From assembly GCA_918797485.1 (NCBI GenBank), contig CAKKNE010000001.1:682001-746000 (forward strand): a stretch of 64,000 nt of DNA. The letters run 5' to 3'. Shown here piece after piece: positions 55,071 through 64,000 of the stretch. How positions within the stretch are numbered: position 1 is the first letter of the stretch; each line of letters opens with the position of its first letter. A program made the position numbers and the translations under genes. Source of the DNA: Pelagomonas calceolata. Taxonomy: Eukaryota. Below the pieces are notes generated by a model. The model was not told the DNA's origin. It ran no database searches and saw only the letters and a program-made list of their open reading frames with translations.

Positions 55071-56147
55071 ATGTCGAGCCCAATCGACTTAACGGCCGAG
55101 GACTCCGACGTCGAGGTCACGGGCCCCCCGGTCATCGACCTGACGAAGGAGACCGCGCCGCCGAAACAAAGGAGGAAGCGCCCGCGCGACTCCGTGCGGA
55201 GCAAGGGCACGCCCATCGAGGGCGACCGCCGCCCGCGCAAGCGCCACGACGTGAGGGGAGCGACCGAGCGAGCGACGCGGAAGAAAAGGTCGCCCCCGGA
55301 CGACGGTAGAAAGCAGATGAAGCGGGACGCCGACAGCGCTTTCAAGCGGCGCGCCTTCGACGAGGCCGGGACCCTTTTTGTGAACCTCGCCGCGGCCCAC
55401 GAGGAAGCTGGTGATGATGAGGGAGCAGGCCGGGAATTAGGGAATGCGGCGGCGTGCGCCCTGAACGAAGGCAAGGAACTGGCCGCCGATAGACTATGCA
55501 CCGATGCGTTGAAACTCGCGCCGGACAATGCTGCGATTCTCCTGAGGCGAGCTCGAGTTAGAAGGGCCATGGGCAAGGATGCCGCGGCCAAGAGGGACGC
55601 CCAAGCCGCCTTCACGAAAGCCACGCCCCTCGACAAGTCTCGTACAAGTTTCATGCGCGACCTCCAGGCCTTCGGCATCGATACTTCACCAAAGGACCCC
55701 TGGGCGTCGATCCGAGTAGCTCGACTGAACGCGTCCAAGGCCTGCAAGGCGCTTGGAGTGTCCGTCGAGCGAGACGGCGAGGAGATCACGCCGCAGGCGG
55801 CGCGGGCGGCCTTCCGGAAATGCGCCGTGCGCTACCATCCCGATAAATTGCAGCAGAACAACATTACTGGGAAAGAGGCCGAGGCGGCCAAAGAAAAATT
55901 TCGCGAGTGCCGCGAGGCGGCGGATTTGTTCGCGGATGCGTCTCGCTCCAGACAGTTCCACTACAATTATGCTGTTATTGGCACTCGATTGCCAGATAAT
56001 ATCTCCGAGGAGGTCCTGGGCTACGATTCCGACCGGGACGCTCATAGAATCAGAGACCGGGCGTCGTGGCTCGAGTCGACGCGGCGGCTGCGCGTGCAGG
56101 CTCTTGGGGGGGCGGCGCCGGCGCCGCCCGCGCGTCGACGGCGTTGA
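55071..56147 (+). CDS. TPR + DnaJ domain protein
   Basis: TPR-like helix GNAAACAL..CTDALKLAPDN..LLRRA; J domain AFRKCAVRYHPDK. Confidence 0.8.
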   Translation: MSSPIDLTAEDSDVEVTGPPVIDLTKETAPPKQRRKRPRDSVRSKGTPIEGDRRPRKRHDVRGATERATRKKRSPPDDGRKQMKRDADSAFKRRAFDEAGTLFVNLAAAHEEAGDDEGAGRELGNAAACALNEGKELAADRLCTDALKLAPDNAAILLRRARVRRAMGKDAAAKRDAQAAFTKATPLDKSRTSFMRDLQAFGIDTSPKDPWASIRVARLNASKACKALGVSVERDGEEITPQAARAAFRKCAVRYHPDKLQQNNITGKEAEAAKEKFRECREAADLFADASRSRQFHYNYAVIGTRLPDNISEEVLGYDSDRDAHRIRDRASWLESTRRLRVQALGGAAPAPPARRRR

Positions 56148-56382
56148 GGCGGGTAAGTGTCTGTTTTTGTGAAGCAATGAGCTCACGAGAGGATCAAAAC
56201 CCGCGAGAATAGGCAGGGCGCTCTCCGACTTGGTTAGCCTGGTGCACAAGTACCCACAGTGATCTAGGCTACCTGAACGTCGGGCGTATAGTATCCTTTC
56301 GCACGGATCGCGCCGTAATCGCACACTCAACGAGAAACACGTAGAGACAATAAACAAACACCAAGACTGCTCTCCTTGCAAC

Positions 56383-57546
56383 ATGCCAGAGACCCAGATG
56401 CTCCTGAAACACATTGGGCTGAAGCCAGGCCAGTATAGCCCACTGAGCAAACTCAAATTGGCGTGCACGATCGGCGACGTCGAGGCGGTCAACAAGCTAC
56501 TTGCGTCGGGCACGGATCCGCTGGCCACCGGCGCGCCTGTTGATTGGCATCACGATACTCCAGCGATCCACCATTGCATCGTTCACGCTCAACCCGCGTG
56601 CCTCGAAGCGCTTCTGGCGACCGGGAACCTGGAACTGCTCGAGCAAGTTACATTTACGGGTGTCACGCCACTCCGCAGGGCAATTGATAATATCCGGCAC
56701 GAGAATTACTGTTGTTTGAAATGCGCGTGCAAAATATTTGAATGTGTCGAAATCTTACTCGAAGCCGGCGCTGAGATTGGTAGTGTGCCTATATGTCACT
56801 ACGAGTATGCTTTCGATCTCGAACTCGAAAGCATGCTCGAGGACGCCGCGAACCTGCGCTTCTCGCGGCTAACGCACCAACAGTTCCCGCAACCCGCGCG
56901 AATCTTCGCCGGGGAGACGCTGCGACTCGGGTACCAGATCGCGTCCACGATCGGATCTGGAGCTCTGCCCGCAGTCTGGGAGGAGCACGTCATGCCGTTC
57001 CTGGTAGATAGAACGAGTCGCCCGATGGCGTACGCGTCGGACCTCGAAGCGAAGGTAGAATATCGCAAGAACGAAGTAGCAATCAAGAAAGCGACGAGGA
57101 ACACTATTGTTAAAGACGCGTCTCTGCGCTCCGCGATGGTCGACGGGTCGCTGACGGCCCGGGCGGTTCGAGCGGCGGTGGTCGCGCGGCTGAACTTATC
57201 GGCGGACACCGCCGCGCAGCTCAAGACCATGTACCGAGACTGCATCAAGGCCGAGATGCTCTCGGTGCGAGAAGCGTTCCAAGAGTGTCTAGGGATCTGG
57301 TCCGACGTCGTCGAGGTGATATCAGTCGACGACGTCGGCTCCACTCGCGGGTTCGAGCCCGGGCTTGTGTGCCAAGCGGTCGTCAAATCCTCGTGCGGTT
57401 CAATTTACCGATTGAGGACGACCAAGAAATGCCACCGTCTCTCGGTGTTTCCGGGGCTACGAGAACCCCTTTTATTACGGATAGGTCCGGGTTGGCACGT
57501 GCCTCCTTGGGACGGCCGTGTTCCGAAGAAACGCCGCCGCTCGTGA
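56383..57546 (+). CDS. Ankyrin-repeat protein
   Basis: LACTIGDVEAVNKLLASGTDP, GVTPLRRA, ECVEILLEAGAEI. Confidence 0.7.
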   Translation: MPETQMLLKHIGLKPGQYSPLSKLKLACTIGDVEAVNKLLASGTDPLATGAPVDWHHDTPAIHHCIVHAQPACLEALLATGNLELLEQVTFTGVTPLRRAIDNIRHENYCCLKCACKIFECVEILLEAGAEIGSVPICHYEYAFDLELESMLEDAANLRFSRLTHQQFPQPARIFAGETLRLGYQIASTIGSGALPAVWEEHVMPFLVDRTSRPMAYASDLEAKVEYRKNEVAIKKATRNTIVKDASLRSAMVDGSLTARAVRAAVVARLNLSADTAAQLKTMYRDCIKAEMLSVREAFQECLGIWSDVVEVISVDDVGSTRGFEPGLVCQAVVKSSCGSIYRLRTTKKCHRLSVFPGLREPLLLRIGPGWHVPPWDGRVPKKRRRS

Positions 57547-57571
57547 GCATGAGTAAGAAACTTAAACAACA

Positions 57572-60500
57572 TTAGTACAGCACGGATCGACTAGGCGCCG
57601 TCCGCGGCCGCCGCGAAGCCCCAATGTTCGACAAAGCCCCGCACCCGGAGAAAGTTGGCCGCCCGACGCCATGCGAACCGACGACGATCTTGTGGCCGTC
57701 GGGCACGTCGCTCCCGAGCTTGTGCATGCACCGGCCCCGCAGCGACGGCAGATGCACCGGCGCCCTTCTAGTTTGACGGTAGGCTTCGTTTGGCGACGAT
57801 GCTGACGCCTCGTAGGCGTAGGGCCGCAACCCGCGGGCCGACGACGGCCTACGCTTTTCCCGTAGCCCGACGGGCGCGGTCCGCGGCCGTTTCTTCCGCG
57901 ACTTTTGTAAATCTGGCAACGGCGCGAGGTCGTCGCGAAACGACGGGTTCGGTCGATGGAGCTCGTGCTTGCGCTGATGGAACGCGTGGTGGTCCGCCAT
58001 GATTTCGTGGGAAGGTGTTTTCGCATTGATCCGATCCTGGACGTCCGCGTGGACGGGTCGTTCGTTCCACGTACTACGAAGCATGCGGCCCTTCCATTTA
58101 TGAAAAGCGCCTTCTAGCGTGTGCGGGTCATGGCATAGCGTTTCACAAGTCTCGATCAACCTCCTGCATAAATTTTCGTCCATGACGCCCCGGAGGTCGT
58201 CGGACGCCTTCGCCACGGCCCGTCGCTGCTCGTCCGCCTTTTTTAGTTGTTCATAAACGAAGCCAAAGTCCTCTCTGAACAAAGGACACCAGTCGGCAAA
58301 AGGTCGTGGATCGGGATAGTGGATGGCACCTGTGTGGAAATCAACTAGTGTGTCGGGTGCACCATGACGCGGCCCTTCTGGCTCGGCCGAGCGGCGGCAT
58401 CGCCACGCCATCGAGCAGGCGTCGCGTCGATGGCGTGGAGGTCGACGCGACGATTCAGCACGAACGCGCCGTAAAATTTCCACACAGGATCGCACAGTAA
58501 TCTTCAATCTGCTCTTGCCACCGCTCCTCCGGCGCGACCCCGTACATCTGGCGCTTCATCCACTTTCTTATTCCGAGTCGCGGCTTCGGTTTTAGGATGG
58601 GGAAGCGGCGTTGCGAGCCATCGGACAGCGGAGACAGGTTCGCCGAGTAGGCCGAGGACGACGACACAGAGGAAACTTCCGACTCGGAGCCCCAGGACGG
58701 CCGGATGTTCAGGGAAGGTGGCCGTCTTGTCGGGACGTCGTCCGTGAAGAAGACGCGTTTCGGGGAAGTAGGACGCGCGCCCGGCGGGAGCGGCGGCGTC
58801 GAATCGTCCGACACCACCGTGATGGGCGACACGGGCGCCTCCGTGAACGCGACGCGCTTCGGCGACCGTGGGCGCGTCGGCGACGACGAGCGCGCGGCGG
58901 GCGAGGCCGGCGGGATGCCATCGGAGAAGGCGACGCGCTTCGGCGACCGTACAGAGTGCTCCTCCGAGCCTTCCGAGACCTCCGAGATGTGGCTGAGGCG
59001 CCTTGAATGAACCCTGGTAGCATCGGCCGCGGCCGGCCCGCCAAGCGGCGCGAGCCGTCGCGGCGCCCGGATGGCGTCGGGCGCGGCCGGCCCGCCCGCC
59101 GGCGCGACTTTTTTGGTTTTCTTCGAGAAGATCCGCTGGTACCACGGCTTCGGGGGCGGCTCCCTCCGCAACCGCAGTCTACGTGTAAGGTCGAACCAGT
59201 ACCGGTCCCCGAAAACACGCCGTCGCAGGGCCGTTTGATATTTGTGCCCGAGCGCCACGAACACCAAAGATTTCTCACAAAAATTCCGAAATTCTTCAAA
59301 CGATATACCGCCCGACGCGTCCGCATCGATATACAGCCCAATCTTGATTGCTCTTTTTTTTTGCGCCGCGACGTAGTCGGCATCCTGTTTTGTACTGTCG
59401 TAGCTTCTATGTAATAAAAAAGCTTCCAAGTCCGCCACGTCCAGGCATCGTTTCCTCAAGAACTTTTCAGGTTTGTCATCGCAATACCGCGACAGTAACC
59501 GAAACGCGAACTTCTCACTACTCAACCGATCGCACTGGCAGCACTCCGCGCAGCTCCTCAGGAACTCGACGAAGCCGCAGGAATCATTGCCCTTGTTGCG
59601 GAACATGTTCCAACATCGCTTCCCATAGGTATCATCTGGTAGACGAAAGTACTCAGAAAACTCTGTCCTATCAACAGCCATGGACTCGTCAGCATCGACC
59701 TCGAGCCACTTGTCCTGCCACTTCACTCGTTCATACGGATCGTCGATCCCCAACTCATCGAAGGCCTCGTCGACCCTCCGACCGCCGAATTTGCCTCGCA
59801 GGTAATCAATCCGGTCAATAGGCTTTGTGATGACAAGACCAAAGGACCACGCCATCGATTGTATGATACTCCATAAACATCGTGATAATCGCTGCCTTAG
59901 GGTCAAGTCCGTCCGAGGCGGCGGCGTGCCGTCGCCGACTCGCGCCGCGGCGTCGTCGCTATTCGCCAGTTGCGCCTGCCGGAACTTTCTCATTATATGT
60001 CTTCTATGTAGTTTGTCTATAGCTATCGCTGCGAGCAAGACTAGGACAATACCAAGGATCGCTGCCACAGGTACACCTCCCACAGACCCACCAGCAGTAG
60101 CGGTAGCAAAGCCGACGCCCTGCTGGAACTCGTCCGTCGTCTCCTCCTCGAAATCATCACCATAAACCACGGTGATATTCTCGGCGATGGGCCACATGGT
60201 GGGCTTCGGAGTTGGTAGTTTCGTCGGCCGCCGCGTCTGGTCCGGCTGGCACGTCGCGCAGCACTCGATCCGCAGGTCGTACTGCCACCTGCGCGTGGAA
60301 AACGTCGCGTCGATGGCGTGGAGGTGGCGTATTTTCCCCGCCAGCACGCCATCGCCGCGACCGTGGGACGCCGGGGCGCACATCCAGCCGCTCAGCTCGT
60401 CGACGGGCGGCCCGCAGCCGTACCGGTCGACGGCCGCCTCGCACTCGTAATTGAATTTCATATCACTGTCATAGTAAGTATGGAACTTGAGCGAATCTTC

Positions 60501-60725
60501 GCAGTAATTATCTAAATTCCATCGAGCTTCGCCGGCCGAATTCAGGCAGCACGGCCCATAATAATTCGTGAACTCCGTCGGACAGGGGTTGGAGCAGCTC
60601 CAGCCGGGCCGCACGGTACTGATCGGTTCGCCCGTGACCGGGTCGTAGGGGACGGTCATGGGGCCGTCGGCGCGGTAGTCGTCGTCGGCCGTGACCACCG
60701 CGAGGAGGGGGAGGAGGCGGCGCAT
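57572..60725 (-). CDS. Membrane protein: signal peptide, Cys-rich ectodomain, TM helix, cytosolic EF-hands
   Basis: Introns 60289-60381 and 58330-58495 join two ORFs (EDYC-AIHYPDP); EF-hand loops DADESMAVDRTEF and DADASGGISFEEF. Confidence 0.7.
58330..58487. mobile_element. Introner element with TIRs and 8-bp TSD
   Basis: CTGTGTGGAAAT...ATTTCCACACAG flanked by GATGGCAC (58322-58329) and GATCGCAC (58488-58495). Confidence 0.9.
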
Positions 60726-61175
60726 GGCGCTGGGCTGCCTGTCGCGGCGCCTCGCGGGGCCGGCGCGCGCTGTCGCGTTATGAGCTGTTCTGACGCGTCG
60801 TCTCGCGCATGATTCCGGCTGCCCCGCTGGCCGTTCGCTCGGCTCTCGAGGCTTTGCTCCCCCCGGAGAGCATGTCTGCGCTGCTGCTTAGCGCCGGGCG
60901 ATAGTGCCCTATTCTTATTGTTCCCGGGCTTACCTGTCGAGGGAGGCATCGCTGCGACGGGTGGGGTGAGAGCTGTGACCGAAACCCGATTTGCAAAACG
61001 ACGATGTCCAAGTCAGCCGTCACCGGTGCGCTGCGAGGAGACTTCGGCAAGTAGACGTCAGAGACCCGTTGTAACGCACAAATAACATCCATTCCCAGCG
61101 CTGTGAAGAGATTTTGAGAAGCGCCGCTCGCCTACAGGGGCTAAAAACTATTCGATTCAGTGAGCTGCACAAAAA

Positions 61176-61622
61176 ATGCGTTGCCGTACTCTCGCCCTCT
61201 GCGCGTTGTCAGCGCCCGCCGCGGCCCTGGTCCACCACCAGTACAACTCGGTGCCCGACGGCCCGATGCGCACGAAAGCGACGGCGACAACCACGACCAT
61301 TGCGCCGCCGCCCGCGCCGTCCTACATGAAAGCCTTTCTAAGGGAGCGCCTCGGCTACACCGACGACCAGATCGCCGAGACGGCCGGGCTCTTGGAAACG
61401 ATCCCGCCGCCCGCCGCCGTCGCGGCGCTGCCGGAGCGGTGCGCGCGCCTCGCCCGCGCGAACATGGCGCTCACGCCGGAGCGCATGGCCCGCGCCCTCG
61501 AGGCCACCGACGAGGACTGGCACGATTTGTTGATGGAGCTGGCGCGGCAGCAGGTCGCGGCCCAGGGGCCCATCGCGGTGCCGCCGCCGTCGCGGCCCGC
61601 CGACGGCGGCGACGAATTCTGA
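61176..61622 (+). CDS. Small hypothetical protein with a signal-like N-terminus
   Basis: 148-aa ORF, MRCRTLALCALSAPAAA. Confidence 0.55.
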   Translation: MRCRTLALCALSAPAAALVHHQYNSVPDGPMRTKATATTTTIAPPPAPSYMKAFLRERLGYTDDQIAETAGLLETIPPPAAVAALPERCARLARANMALTPERMARALEATDEDWHDLLMELARQQVAAQGPIAVPPPSRPADGGDEF

Positions 61623-61688
61623 ACCTTCACGAAGTAAGCCTGTGTTTCTGTAGTTGACCTTGGACTCCAAGAGCTGCGCAAGACGTGG

Positions 61689-61710
61689 CCTAGCGGCCAA
61701 AGACACTAGC
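61689..61710 (+). repeat. Intergenic dyad element (22 bp)
   Basis: CCTAGCGGCCAAAGACACTAGC. Confidence 0.8.
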
Positions 61711-61910
61711 AAGCCTCGGCCTCGAGGCTGCTCGACTCGATCCTGGCTCACGCAGAGCCACACGTGCTGGCTTTTTGAGCACAAGACGTCTGATCAATCG
61801 TCTGCGGACCGCGACGCCATCGCTGCGGCAGCGAGAGTGCAAACTGAGAGCTGTGGAAGCCACACACTGTAGCCACTGTGCAGCCACTGTGCCACAGATC
61901 CATCGCAGCG

Positions 61911-63002
61911 ATGCATTTATACGCCCTACTGCTGGCAGGAGCCACATCGCTCAAACCACTCACCGGCCGCGTCGCATTGGTGACGGGCGCATCTAGGGGA
62001 ATTGGCAAGGGCATCGCGCTGGAGCTCGGCGCCGCCGGTTGTACAGTATACTGCGCCGCGCGGTCGTCTCGACAGACGGGTTTTGTTTCGGATGATCGAC
62101 CCGTCGCGGCGAGCGTCGGTGAATTGACGGTGGAGCAGACGGCCGAGGACGTCACTTTGAATGGTGGCAAAGGCATTCCAGTGCCCTGCGACTGCTCCGA
62201 CGAGAAGGCCATCGAGGAGGTCATCGCGAGGATACGTAGTGATGAAGGGAGACTCGATGTCATTGTCCCGTCAGCGTTTGCCACACCCCCGAAACTAGCC
62301 GATGCCGCATTTCGTGATGATTTTTGGAAGCAGGGCATGGAGATGTGGGACTGCTGCCACGGGGTCGGTTTAAGGGGCACCTACGCTACTCTGCTCAAAG
62401 CGACACCGTTGCTCATCGAAACCGCACAAAAATACGATACAAGGCCGCTCGCTTGTTTAATCTCTTCCTTCGGCGGCCAGGCGTACACGTTCAACGTGGC
62501 CTATGGGGTCGGTAAAGCGGCTACGGACCGATTAGCGAGGGATGCTTCCGCTCAATTATCAAAACATGACGTCGACACGATATCCTTGTATCCTGGTGTT
62601 GTTGCAACTGAAGGCAACCTCGAGATGGAGGAACGCGGCGAGTGGGCCGCCGCGTCGGGTGGCTTGGATCTGGCGAAGGCCGAGTCTCCTAGATTCTCGG
62701 GGCGGGCGGTCGTCGCATTGTTGCGACAACCGGAGTACTGCTCCGAAAACACGGGGTCGTACCAGGTCGTGTCCGAGCTGGCGTCGCAGTTTGATTTTAC
62801 GGATGTGGATGGGCGGCGGGCGCCGTCCATCAGGTCGCTGCAGTATTTGGTACCGAACTTCCTGCTGACCGACGCGAAGATTGCTGACATGCCAGCGTGG
62901 CAGCGGGGGTTGGCTCGGCGGTTCCGGGACGAGTGGACGCCCGATTATTTGCTGCCCTGGGGCGTGTTCTCCGGGGGGCCGCCGCCGGAGAAGACGTCAT
63001 AA
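61911..63002 (+). CDS. Short-chain dehydrogenase/reductase, DHRS1-like
   Basis: VALVTGASRGIGKG, ISSFGG..YGVGKAATDR, SLYPGVVATE, AESPRFSGRAV. Confidence 0.9.
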   Translation: MHLYALLLAGATSLKPLTGRVALVTGASRGIGKGIALELGAAGCTVYCAARSSRQTGFVSDDRPVAASVGELTVEQTAEDVTLNGGKGIPVPCDCSDEKAIEEVIARIRSDEGRLDVIVPSAFATPPKLADAAFRDDFWKQGMEMWDCCHGVGLRGTYATLLKATPLLIETAQKYDTRPLACLISSFGGQAYTFNVAYGVGKAATDRLARDASAQLSKHDVDTISLYPGVVATEGNLEMEERGEWAAASGGLDLAKAESPRFSGRAVVALLRQPEYCSENTGSYQVVSELASQFDFTDVDGRRAPSIRSLQYLVPNFLLTDAKIADMPAWQRGLARRFRDEWTPDYLLPWGVFSGGPPPEKTS

Positions 63003-63449
63003 GTTTATGTTTAGGTTACTTGTGGGCTTGTCGTTCACGGCGCCGCGGGGCCTTTTGCGTCTTGTGGCTCGCGGCGACGGCGTGCGCGGCGGGGCTTACT
63101 CAGGCGGCGTGATCTTTTGAGCACCGGAGTGCTGCGAGAGCTCCGGAGACCGCCGGGACGCCTAAAAGCGCAAAAAAGGAGCTGCTAAAAAATGCTAAAA
63201 CGCAACTGCGGGTGTCGAAACGACGCCGCTGCGCTCGCTACGGACAAACCAGTCGTCTCACAGCGGCACCACACCGCAGCGGTCGCGATCTAGCCGCAAA
63301 GCGGGCCGAAATCGCCGGCACAGCGGCTGAGAACGACGCAACAGCGGCCCGAACATTCAGCGCCTCTAAAACGCACCGTTGGGCCGCACGGACGTACAAG
63401 ACGCAACCCAAAGCGCTGCCGCAGCGCGCACACCCCACCAGTAACAAAA

Positions 63450-64000
63450 AATGGCCGGCGACCCGCTCGCCGCGCGCCTAGCCGAAATCGCGGTCGCGCC
63501 GGACGCCGAGAGGCACCGCCTCCGCCAGCGCTGCGTCGAAACGTTCGCGGCCGACGCGCGTTATAGGGGAGACGAGCGCTTCGCCCGCGTCTGGCTCGCG
63601 CTCGCGGCCGCGAGCCCCGACCCCGGCGCCGTCTTTGACGCGATGGCGCGGCATCGAGTGGGAGAGAGCCTCGCGCTCGTCTGGGTCGCGCGGGCCTTCG
63701 TGGCCGAGAAGGCGAAGAAATTTGCGGAGGCGGACGCGCTGTTCGCGCGCGGGCTGGAGATGAAGGCAGCTCCACAGGATTTATTAGTGAAGCGGCGGCG
63801 CGAGTTCGAACGGCGCATGCGGCGCCACTGGCTCAACCAGCAACAGGCGCCTCCGGAGCCGCCGACGCCGCCGCGTGTTGTTGATGAGGATGCTACGGCC
63901 ACTGCAACTCAAGTCCTCGCGCTGCACAAGGCCACAGCACAACCGTTCGCCATCTTCGACGAGGCGCCGGCGCCGGCCTCATCGTTCGCCATCTTTGATG
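63450..64000 (+). CDS. BUB1: BUB1/Mad3 spindle-checkpoint protein, 5' part (runs off the window; absent from the ORF track)
   Basis: RCVETFAADARYRGDERFARVWL..F..M..HRVGESLALVW..A...E...FAEADALF..GL...A.P TPR domain; ABBA-like FAIFDE motifs near the window end. Confidence 0.85.

Noticed and set aside
12356..61710. The 24-bp repeat as a CRISPR array
   Set aside because: Copies are kilobases apart, in both orientations, without spacers or cas genes, in a eukaryotic context.
1..64000. Autonomous transposase, rRNA or tRNA genes
   Set aside because: No DDE/hAT, reverse transcriptase or structural RNA signature recognised by eye.

Overview
Eukaryotic, GC/CpG-rich, gene-dense nuclear DNA. Intron style and gene content point to a pelagophyte alga such as Pelagomonas or Aureococcus (inference). 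About 30 protein genes are present, including the 3' part of an axonemal dynein heavy chain (22 complete introns), RAD50 (8 introns), XRN exoribonuclease, TMTC O-mannosyltransferase, a GH18 hydrolase, UDP-glucuronate epimerase, a Tma46-like gene and the start of BUB1/Mad3. Most introns are related transposon-derived introner elements, several with clean TIRs and 8-bp target-site duplications. Main discovery: removing a 114-bp introner (23700-23813) fuses two apparently separate ORFs into one ~923-aa protein with multiple CxxC zinc fingers, a putative zinc-dependent deaminase (HAE-x25-CGFC), a zf-CW domain, an NLS and an intact uracil-DNA glycosylase, resembling a natural chromatin-targeted base editor. 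Second: a ~24-bp GCTAGCG-N10-CACTAGC dyad element recurs about 12 times, only in intergenic DNA upstream of genes. All domain calls are by-eye motif recognition and all splicing is predicted, not measured.
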